The notes under the pieces: model-generated
What the model was told of the DNA's origin: nothing
The model's input: the letters and a program-made list of their open reading frames with translations, nothing else
Database searches by the model: none
In this document: one piece after another, positions 12,501-26,695 of the stretch
Layout of the letters: every line of letters begins with the position of its first letter
How positions within the stretch are numbered: the first letter of the stretch is position 1
Source of the DNA: Callorhinchus milii
Lineage: Eukaryota
Assembly (NCBI RefSeq): GCF_018977255.1
Contig: NW_024704742.1
Coordinates: 84,694,001-84,758,000, forward strand
Length of the DNA stretch: 64,000 bases
Direction of reading: 5' to 3'
Program-made: the position numbers and the translations under genes

Positions 12501-15500
12501 CCTCAAATGCAAGAATAGATATCCACAAAATAAAAATCCAAATACATTTTGGCAACTTTCCGTCAAAAAACATATGTAAACCACATTGTACCTTAGCAAA
12601 GAAAGTATCGATCAATACTCAAACTTGTAACAAATGACTGTCATCATCATTAATCCATAACACGATAGTGGGCAAAAAGAAATAATAATAAATTGATCCC
12701 TCGATCCATGACTGTTTGTGGGACACTGCTGTGCACAATTGGCTGCCGCGTTTCGCCCACAAAAGATACAGTACATTTAGTGAAGCGCTTTGAGACATCT
12801 CAAAGAAGTGATATGCACTATATCAAATGCAAGGATTATTTATTATTATTATTAGAATCTGCTAGACAGCTGCCAGGAAATGAAAGCGCATAGTGTGGTG
12901 CGTTCTGAGAAGCATTCCCATTCACTGTGCAGTGTTGTGTGAGGAGTAATAATAATACATTACAAATTACATTTGTATAGGACCTTTCACGCCGGGAGGA
13001 CGTCCCAAGCCACTGGACAGTCAGGGATTTGGACCCGAGCTGGGTTCGGGGAGGATGGAGGGCAGGGAGGGTAGGAGCATGGCCGAAGCCTTGGTCAAAG
13101 AGGAGTGTTTTGAGACACGCTTCGAAGGAGGCAAGGGAGGGAGTGGGGGGAAGGGAATGTGGGATGGAGTTCCATAGGATGGGGGCAGAGAGGCTGAAGG
13201 CCTGGCTGCCGATGGTGGAGTGGGCTGGGGACATGGAGCAGGCCAGAGCCTGGGGTCAGCAGGTCACAGAGGTAGGGAGGGGCGAGGCCGCGGAGGGCCT
13301 TGAAGGCGAGGACGAGGATTTCAAACTCTATCCTCTGGGGGATGGGAAACAGAAAGCCAGTGGAGCTGTGCAAGGGTGGAGGTGATGGAGTCACGGAGCC
13401 TTGTGCGGAAGAGGACACGAGCTGCAGAGCTCTGGATGATCTGCAGCTTGTGGAGGGAAGAGTTGGGAAGGCCGACAAGCAGGGAGTTGCCGTAGTCAAG
13501 CCTAGATGTGATGAATGCACGAATGAGAGTCTCGGCGGCCTGAAGGGTGAGACAGTGGCGGAGCTGGGCGATGTTGCAGAGATAGGGGAAGGCAGAGCGG
13601 TCATGGCACGGATTTGGGTAGAAAGGCCAATTGAGAGCCAAACAAGACACCAAGGTTCCAGACTGGCTCAGTGAAGCGGAGTCTGCATCCCTGGACGGTG
13701 ATGCTATCGGTACCTGAGGTGTGGAGGCGCTGACAACAGCAACAAAATTACATTTGTATAACGCCTTTCATGTCGGGAAGAAGTCCCAAGGCGCTGGACA
13801 ATCAGTGTTTCGGACCCGAGCTGGAGCTCGGGATCAAGGGAGGGTGGAGGGCAGGGGGAGAAGGAGTGTGATCGAAGGCACAGTTGAAGAGGAGAGTGTT
13901 GAGATGGTTCTCGAAGGAGGCAAGGGAGGAGGAGAGACTGTGGCTTCCTCTGGAACTCCATCCCTCTGAGACTCCACAGGTCCTCCTGACGGAAGCCAAT
14001 CAGGAGAGCCTCGGTCTTGTTGACATTCAACTAAGAAAGTTATCTCTCATCCAGGACTTGATGTCGGACAGACATTCTGTCAGGACAGCAGTGGTCCTGG
14101 AGTCGAGGCTGAAGGCAGAGAGGTAGAGTTGGGTGTCATCCACATACATGTGGGAGTTGACCCCATGACTGCGGCTGAAGTCAACAAGAGGGAGGGGGAG
14201 CGTATAGGTATTTAAGAGGAGAGCATTATCACGTTATTGAGACTTGTCAAAGCGCTTCACAGAATACATTGTAAAGTGAATTAACCCTATATTTTGTGGG
14301 CAAAACGCGGAAGTTAATTGCTCACAGCGGTGTCCCACAAAGTACTGTATTCCCATTCCCGGTGCGGTGTGGGATTCCCATTCCCGGTGCGGTGTGGGGG
14401 GGGATTCCCATTCCCGGTGCGGTGTGGGGGGGATTCCCATTCCCGGTGCGGTGGGGGGGGGATTCCCATTCCCGGTGTGGGGGGGGATTCCCATTCCCGG
14501 TGCGGTGCGGTGTGGGGGGGGATTCCCATTCCCGGTGCGGTGTGTGGGGGGGATTCCCATTCCCGGTGCGGTGCGGTGTGGGATTCCCATTCCCGGGGCG
14601 GTGCGGTGGGGGGGGATTCCCATTCCCGGGGCGGTGCGGTGTGGGGGGGATTCCCATTCCCGGGGCGGTGCGGTGTGGGGGGGATTCCCATTCCCGGTGC
14701 GGTGTGTGGGGGGGATTCCCATTCCCGGGGCGGTGCGGTGTGGGGGGGGTTCCCATTCCCGGGGCGGTGTGGGGGGGGTTCCCATTCCCGGTGCGGTGTG
14801 GGGGGGGATTCCCATTCCCGGTGCGGTGCGGTGTGGGGGGGATTCCCATTCCCGGTGCGGTGTGGGGGGGGATTCCCATTCCCGGTGCGGTGCGGTGTGG
14901 GGGGGATTCCCATTCCCGGTGCGGTGTGGGGGGGGATTCCCATTCCCGGTGCGGTGCGGTGTGGGGGGGGTTCCCATTCCCGGTGCGGTGTGGGGGGGGA
15001 TTCCCATTCCCGGTGCGGTGCGGTGTGGGGGGATTCCCATTCCCGGTGCGGTGTGGGGGGGTTCCCATTCCCGGTGCGGTGCGGTGTGGGGGGATTCCCA
15101 TTCCCGGGCGGTGCGGTGCGGTGTGGGGGGATTCCCATTCCCGGTGCGGTGCGGTGTGGGGGGGGTTCCCATTCCCGGTGCGGTGTGGGGGGGGATTCCC
15201 ATTCCCGGTGCGGTGGGGGGATTCCCATTCCCGGTGCGGTGTGGGATTCCCATTCCCGGGGCGGTGTGGGGGGGGATTCCCATTCCCGGTGCGGTGCGGT
15301 GTGGGGGGGTTCCCATTCCCGGGGCGGTGTGGGGGGATTCCATTCCCGGTGCGGTGTGGGGGGGGGATTCCCATTCCCGGTGCGGTGCGGTGTGGGGGGA
15401 TTCCCATTCCCGGGGCGGTGTGGGGGGGATTCCCATTCCCGGTGCGGTGCGGTGTGGGGGGGATTCCCATTCCCGGTGCGGTGTGGGGGGGATTCCCATT

Positions 15501-16588
15501 CCCGGTGCGGTGTGGGGGGTTCCCATTCCCGGGGCGGTGCGGTGTGGGGGGGATTCCCATTCCCGGTGCGGTGTGGGGGGGGATTCCCATTCCCGGTGCG
15601 GTGCGGTGTGGGGGGATTCCCATTCCCGGTGCGGTGTGGGGGGGTTCCCATTCCCGGTGCGGTGCGGTGTGGGGGGATTCCCATTCCCGGGGCGGTGCGG
15701 TGCGGTGTGGGGGGATTCCCATTCCCGGTGCGGTGCGGTGTGGGGGGGGTTCCCATTCCCGGGGCGGTGTGGGGGGATTCCCATTCCCGGTGCGGTGTGG
15801 GGGGGGGATTCCCATTCCCGGTGCGGTGCGGTGTGGGGGGGATTCCCATTCCCGGTGCGGTGCGGTGTGGGATTCCCATTCCCGGTGCGGTGCGGTGTGG
15901 GGGGGGGATTCCCATTCCCGGTGCGGTGTGGGGGGGGATTCCCATTCCCGGTGCGGTGTGGGGGAGGGATTCCCATTCCCGGTGCGGTGCGGTGTGGGGG
16001 GGATTCCCATTCCCGGGGCGGTGTGGGGGAGGGATTCCCATTCCCGGTGCGGTGTGGGGGGGATTCCCATTCCCGGGGCGGTGTGGGGGATTCCCATTCC
16101 CGGGGCGGTGTGGGGGGATTCCCATTCCCGGGCGGTGTGGGGGGGATTCCCATTCCCGGTGCGGTGTGGGGGGGATTCCCATTCCCGGTGCGGTGGGGGA
16201 TTCCCATTCCCGGTGCGGTGCGGTGTGGGGGGGATTCCCATTCCCGGTGCGGTGTGGGGGGGATTCCCATTCCCGGGGCGGTGCGGTGTGTGGGGGGGTT
16301 CCCATTCCCGGTGCGGTGCGGTGTGGGGGGATTCCCATTCCCGGGGCGGTGTGTGGGGGGGGTTCCCATTCCCGGGGCGGTGCGGTGTGGGGGGGGATTC
16401 CCATTCCCGGGGCGGTGTACCTGGGACAAGTTGCTGATGCCGAGCAGGAAGCAGATGGAGTCCAGGATGTTGGACTTGCCGCTGCCGTTCAGGCCGGTGA
16501 TGGCGTTGAAGAACGGGTCGAAGCCATTGATCTCCGTCCTCTGCGCGTAAGACTTGAAGCCTTCGAGGATGATGGATCTAATGTACAT
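350..16588 (-). CDS. SMC2: Structural maintenance of chromosomes protein 2 (condensin subunit), 5' part; 9 coding exons (1254 nt), gene continues beyond left edge
   Basis: Spliced translation [47 protein letters not shown]... (SMC N-terminal head with Walker A GLNGSGKS) into coiled coil. Exons 16421-16588, 11698-11847, 8568-8690, 7734-7772, 7259-7369, 5425-5469, 2949-3182, 1524-1673, 350-583; all GT-AG, all phase 0. Confidence 0.97.
1524..1673 (-). CDS. SMC2: SMC2 coding exon 8 (150 nt)
   Basis: [20 protein letters not shown]...KTMEE; CAG acceptor, GTGAGA donor. Confidence 0.94.
1902..2745 (-). mobile_element. L2 3' fragment interrupted by a SINE (2031-2356)
   Basis: [23 protein letters not shown] motifs; tail at 1902. 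Confidence 0.82.
2949..3182 (-). CDS. SMC2: SMC2 coding exon 7 (234 nt)
   Basis: [27 protein letters not shown]...[12 protein letters not shown] flanks. Confidence 0.95.
3267..3591 (-). mobile_element. Young full-length tRNA-derived SINE (Ala/TGC-like head, Deu-like core, L2-type tail)
   Basis: A-box TAGCTCAGTGG, anticodon-like loop TTTGCAA, B-box GTTCAATTCC, core tgtttgtgggacattgctgtgcgcaattggctgcc, (ATT)n tail; near-identical to three other copies. Confidence 0.92.
4105..4592 (+). mobile_element. L2 3' fragment
   Basis: ctccattggctccc...ctctggaactcc...gggacgtcctcccgatgtgaaaggcgctatacaaatg(ttg)n tail. Confidence 0.85.
5425..5469 (-). CDS. SMC2: SMC2 coding exon 6 (45 nt)
   Basis: [18 protein letters not shown] acceptor, GTATGC donor. 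Confidence 0.92.
7259..7369 (-). CDS. SMC2: SMC2 coding exon 5 (111 nt)
   Basis: [41 protein letters not shown] flanks. Confidence 0.95.
7734..7772 (-). CDS. SMC2: SMC2 coding exon 4 (39 nt)
   Basis: [16 protein letters not shown] acceptor, GTGAGT donor. Confidence 0.93.
8568..8690 (-). CDS. SMC2: SMC2 coding exon 3 (123 nt)
   Basis: [41 protein letters not shown] (Q-loop region); AG/GT flanks. Confidence 0.96.
8820..9156 (-). mobile_element. Longer SINE subfamily copy (extra ~70-nt internal segment)
   Basis: Same head and tail plus ctgtttacctag...gtaggaacccggttg...ggattgcttttccgggg segment, also seen at 40952-41289 (+), ~37490-37790 (-), ~49500-49700 (-). Confidence 0.85.
9675..11100 (-). 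mobile_element. L2-clade LINE fragment carrying a nested SINE and a nested opposite-strand L2 tail
   Basis: [10 protein letters not shown] at ~11000-11040; same 3' tail as other copies. Confidence 0.88.
10073..10389 (-). mobile_element. Young full-length tRNA-derived SINE nested in L2
   Basis: Near-identical to 3267-3591. Confidence 0.92.
11698..11847 (-). CDS. SMC2: SMC2 coding exon 2 (150 nt)
   Basis: [54 protein letters not shown] flanks. Confidence 0.96.
12950..14220 (-). mobile_element. L2-clade LINE fragment with a second L2 3' fragment nested at 13735-13985
   Basis: [34 protein letters not shown] motifs; nested copy flanked by CTGAC duplication. Confidence 0.88.
14349..16416. repeat. 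~2.07-kb G-rich minisatellite in SMC2 intron 1, roughly 60 variant units of ~27-40 bp: G(n)ATTCCCATTCCCGG(T/G)(GCGGT)1-3GT
   Basis: Directly visible tandem array; starts a few nt after the exon-1 donor. Confidence 0.98.
16421..16588 (-). CDS. SMC2: SMC2 coding exon 1 (168 nt)
   Basis: ATG at 16588; [14 protein letters not shown]...GISNLSQ; donor GTACAC at 16420. Confidence 0.96.
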
Positions 16589-16662
16589 GATGTGACCCAC
16601 AGACCGTCACACAGACCGTCACACAGACTGACGCGCGAGCGCCGCCGCCGCCCTCCTCCGTC

Positions 16663-16680
16663 TTCAAATCTGGCGCCAAA
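16663..16680 (-). promoter_or_regulatory. CDE/E2F + CHR cell-cycle element (TTTGGCGC-CAGA-TTTGAA) in SMC2 CpG-island promoter
   Basis: Minus strand reads TTTGGCGCCAGATTTGAA, 75 nt upstream of the ATG; 4-nt spacer is the canonical CDE/CHR (DREAM/MuvB) geometry. Confidence 0.75.
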
Positions 16681-17615
16681 CCCCCCCCCTCCTCAGGACC
16701 CTGCCCTGAGGCGCCCGGCGCCCGCCTCCCTTTTCTTTCTTTTTTTAAATTTTGCTCTAAATTTCCACTCCCAGGCGACCGATTTTACGGCAACTGCTTG
16801 TTTTATTTGGTCTGATGCAAAAGGCGATGAATGAAGCGCAGCGCACTGGTAAGTATTTATTATGCTGCAAAACCCGCTTTTTTTTCCACTCTTTCTTTCT
16901 TTTCAGGCGCCGTCCACGCCTGCCTCGTCCTCGGCGGTGGGGGGGCCTCAAGTTCAAAATAAGAAACGTCACAGGGAGGGGCGGGGCGAGAGGTGGAGAT
17001 TGACAGCTGCTCTTAAAGGGACCGCCACCCTATCATTTATTAAAGGAAAACGGTGGGTGATGGTGACTGGGGGTAAATGACATCTGGGAGGTTAGGCCAT
17101 CGCTGTTCATTACACTGGTTTCAATCCACTGTTCTTTGTGTCCCAATTAAATCCACGGCTGTTTATGGGACACTGCTGCGTGCAATTGGCTGCTGCATTT
17201 CGGCTACAAAATATACAGACTTTACAGTATACAACAACAAGATTACATTTGTATATCCTGTGAAACGCTTTGAGACGATTCAACGATGTGATTAGGCTCT
17301 ATAATCAAGGATTATTATTATTATTATTAAAACCTTTCAGGTCACATTCAAGATATTGTGCTCTGTACCTGCATTTCTGGGTACAGTTCAGATCGCTGTG
17401 GTACAGGGGCCCGCCAAGGCAGTACAGAGGAGGGCCACAAGGATGATCCCTAGTGCTAAAGGGATGAGCTGTGAGCAACGATTATACAAGCTCCTCAGTC
17501 TTGAAAAGAGACATCCAAGAGGGGACCTTCAAGTAGTGCATAAGATGCTAAGTGGCATAGAGAAAGTGAACCCAGAAGAATTCAAGCTAATAATATTAAT
17601 AACAATAATAATAAT

Positions 17616-18151
17616 TAGGGTTGCTAACTTTCCAGTTTCTCAAAGTCAGACACTAGGGTCCACTACCTTACCATGTTTTTATGTGCATGCTTTGCACAGA
17701 CCATGGGGATGCTGAGAGTTTTACTTCCGCCACTCGGTTTCTTCCCCTAAACTATGGCTGCCTCGCCTTCTCCTGCTCCAGGTTGTATTCCTCCCCAATG
17801 GCAGCCCACTTCTGCTTCTCCTCTTCCCCACATTGCCTCTCCGCCACTTTCCTCCGGCTACAGTGCCATTCATAGGTGGGGAGCAGGTCCTGACTCATTT
17901 CTAAAGCAGGCCACGATAAAAAGAATCCTTCTTAGCACGGCAAGCATCTAGGCTGTGTGGTAGCCTCGCAAGAACAATTCAAACCATTCTCTCGAGGCTG
18001 ACACATCCGTGCACACAGCCTAGCCATTTCCCGTGCTCACAGGTAAGTTTATCTTATCATAAGAAGAATAACCACACTTTTGGTATCCAGTCAGTGCTTC
18101 TGACCAGACACCATTACAGATTCCCTTAAAACCAGACGGTTGGCAACCTTA
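17616..18151. mobile_element. Non-autonomous hAT-type DNA transposon (MITE), 536 bp
   Basis: Terminal inverted repeats TAGGGTTGCTAAC / GTTGGCAACCTTA; flanking 8-bp ATAATAAT on both sides. Confidence 0.65.
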
Positions 18152-18326
18152 ATAATAATAATCCATGCATTTGATATAGGGCCTTTCACTTCAGGAGGAT
18201 ATCTCAAAGTATTTCAGGGATTTGCTTTGTGATATAGGATTTGAGATATTTGAGAGGCAGATACACCAAAGCATCAGAACAAGAAGTCACATGTTCAAGG
18301 TTATGAAGAGCAAAAATCATTTGCAA

Positions 18327-18720
18327 GAACAACAACAAATTGCATTTATATAGCGTATTACATGTCGGGAGGACATTCCAAGGCACTGGACAGTGAAGAG
18401 TTTCCAACCGAGCTGAGAGGTTAGAGGCAAGCGAGGTGGAGGACAAGGTGGGAGGATGATCAAAGGCACACTCAAAGAGGAAGATCTTGAGCTGACCTTG
18501 AAGGAGGTGAGGGAGGTGGTGAGTCGGTGAGGCTCCAGGATGGAGTCCCCTCAAGGAGGGGGCGAGGCAGAGTGACTTGGGGATGGAATTCCAGAGGTTG
18601 GGGGCAAAGTAGCTGAAGACTCTCCGGCCAATGGTGGGTCGGGGGACGTGGAGCAGACCGGAGCCGGCTGAGCAGAGAGAGTGGGCAGATTGGTAGGGGG
18701 CTAGGAGGTCACAGAGGTAT
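18327..18720 (-). mobile_element. L2 3' fragment
   Basis: TIGRRVFSYFAPNLWNSIP motif and tail. Confidence 0.82.
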
Positions 18721-19546
18721 TTCAACCGGTTGTCTTACGACACAACTTGCATTTATATTTTGCTTTTCAAGTTTTACAAACACAGGTTTGAGAGGAACAA
18801 AAGCACACTGGATTCTGTATGGTTATCATTCATTCAAAATCAGCTAGCCCTCGTTCTGATAGGACTTCAGGAAACCCAATCTGTTGTGCTATAAAAAAAG
18901 ACATTTCAGGAGGCTGAGTTTACAATGACCTGAAAATGGATGTTTGGTAATGCGTTGCATTATTTAATGTCCTTGAACCAATCTCTTATTTAGTTTCATC
19001 ACCTTAACAACAAAGTCCATGGTACCTGTTTCTATCTGTTTTAGGTGAGATGGAAGCCAGCCAGCTGACTTTACACTTCGACCTGCACTTCAATTTTACA
19101 GTATTTGACCTCAGAACCTATATTTAATTGAAAGATTTGCCATGTTGCTTCATGTCATGTGCTCTGACATACCGTTAGTGGACGATCATGATACTTCCTA
19201 AAATAACCCCAGTTTACTTCATTCAGAATGTACATGTTAGATATGTCCACCAACATAAGCTGTTTTAAACAATCTAAAATCGAACAATACCTCCCTCTTT
19301 TCCTTAATTTCCCTCATCTTTTGGGGGCATTTAGAGGCACCCTGAAAAAAAATTGCCTTACTAATAGTGAATTTAAAATATGATCATAAATTTCTGAAAA
19401 TGTTGCTCTAAGTGGAGAACAGGGCTATTTTGAATAAGCCATAAGAGTATGTGAGGAGGGGCGAGTCTACTTTTCATCCCTTGCTTGCAGGGAATGAACC
19501 TATGTTCTGCTGATAAATAGTTACCAACTTTAGTGGCTTGTGATTA

Positions 19547-20870
19547 CACAACAACAACAACAAAATTTCATTTGTTTGGCACCATTCACATTGGATGTCC
19601 CAAGGCGCTGGCCAGACAGAGTTACGCACCTGAGCTGGGGGTCGGAGTCGAGGAGGGTGGAGGGCGGGAGGGAAAGGAGGCTGATCGAAAGCACGGTCGA
19701 AGAGGAGGGTATTGAGATGGGTCTTAATAATAATAATAATAATCCTTGCATTTGATATAGCGCTTTTCACGTCGGGAGGACGTCCCAAAGCGCTTCACAG
19801 AACACACTGTAAAGTGAATTGACTGTATATTTGTGGGCAAACGCGGCAGCCAATTGCGCACAGCAACGTCCCACAAACAGTCGTAGATTGAAAATGACCA
19901 ATTTATTATTGTTTTTGGTTTTGGAGGGATTATTATTAGGTGTGTGGAGTAAGGAAACTTGCCCAAGGTTTCGCCCTCTGCCTGGAATTGAACTCAGGTC
20001 TCTCACTTGCAAAGCGAGTGCTCTAACCACTGAGCTACAGGACTCCACTCTTGAAGGAGGCAAGGGAGGGGGCGAGGCGGAGGGAGTTCCAGAGGGTGGG
20101 GGCAGAGTGGCGGAAGGCCCACCCACCAATAGTGGGGTGAGCGAGGCGGGGGACGTGAGGCAGGCTGGAGCCCGCTGAGCGGAGGGAGCGAACAGATTGT
20201 TAGGAGGTGAAGAGGTTGCAGAGGTAGGAGGGAGCAAGGCCATGGAGGGCTTTGAAGGTGAGGACCAGGATCTTGAACTGTATCCTCTGTGTGATGGGAA
20301 GCCAGTGGAGTCGGGCGAGGATGGGAGTGATAGGGTCACGGAGCCTGGTGCGGGAGAGGACACGGGCTGCAGAGTTCTGGATGATCTGCAGCCTATGGAG
20401 GGAGGAGTTGGGGAGGCCGACAAGCAGTGAGTTTGCCTTGAAGTAATGAAAGCGTGTGTGAGGGTTTCAGAGGCCTGTGGTTTGAGGCGGTGGCGGAGCG
20501 GGCGATGTTGTGGAGGTGGGGAAGACAGAGCGGGTCATGGCGCAGATGTGGGGTAGAAAGGATAGTTGAGGGTCGAACAAGACCCCAAGGTTGCGGACTG
20601 GCTCAGTAAGGTGGAGTGTGCAACCATGGATGGTGATGCTGTCAGCGCCTGAGGTGAGGAGGTGCTGACGGGAGCCAATAAGGAGAGCCTCGGTCTTGTT
20701 GACGTTCAACCGAAGAAAGTTAGCTCTCATCCAGGACAGCAGTGGTCCTGGAGTCGAGGGCGGAGGCAGAGAGGTAGAGTTGAGTGTCATGTGTATACAT
20801 GTGGAAGTTGACCCCATGTCTGTGGATGATATCACCAAGAGGGAGCATATAGATGTTGAAGAGGAGGGGA
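19547..20870 (-). mobile_element. L2-clade LINE fragment with nested SINE, between SMC2 and DNAJC25
   Basis: [44 protein letters not shown] motifs; (GTT)n tail. Confidence 0.88.
19726..20047 (-). mobile_element. Young full-length tRNA-derived SINE nested in L2
   Basis: Near-identical to other copies; TCTT repeated at both flanks. Confidence 0.92.
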
Positions 20871-20883
20871 ATTCGGGATTTAT

Positions 20884-21182
20884 CACAGCGCAGGCAGATG
20901 GGGGTTGGCACGGTGCGGGCAGTTGGCACAGCGCAGGCAGATGGGGGTTGGCACGGTGCGGGCAGTTGGCACAGCGCAGGCAGTTGGCACGCGGCGGGCG
21001 GGTGGCAGTTGGGGGTTGGCACGCGGCGGGCGGGTGGCAGTTGGGGGTTGGCATGTGGCGGGCGGGTGGCAGTTGGGGGTTGGCACGCGGCGGGCGGGTG
21101 GCAGTTGGGGGTTGGCACGTGGCGGGCGGGTGGCAGTTGGGGGTTGGCACGTGGCGGGCGGGTGGCAGTTGGGGGTTGGCAC
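20884..21182. repeat. GC-rich minisatellite upstream of DNAJC25: ~2 x 43-bp units then 6 x 32-bp units (GCGGCGGGCGGGTGGCAGTTGGGGGTTGGCAC)
   Basis: 32-bp copies at 20991-21182 counted directly; abuts an L2 fragment on the left. Confidence 0.95.
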
Positions 21183-21189
21183 GGGGGCG

Positions 21190-26695
<5,506 letters not shown>

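Noticed and set aside
14349..16416. CRISPR-like array (constant ATTCCCATTCCCGG with variable intervening sequence)
   Set aside because: Intervening parts are variants of the same motif, not unique spacers; eukaryotic intron, no cas genes.
14234..16834. Six overlapping 640-840-aa ORFs, one in frame with the SMC2 ATG
   Set aside because: Artefact of a minisatellite lacking stop codons in all frames; real SMC2 exon ends at a GT donor at 16420 and continues at 11847.
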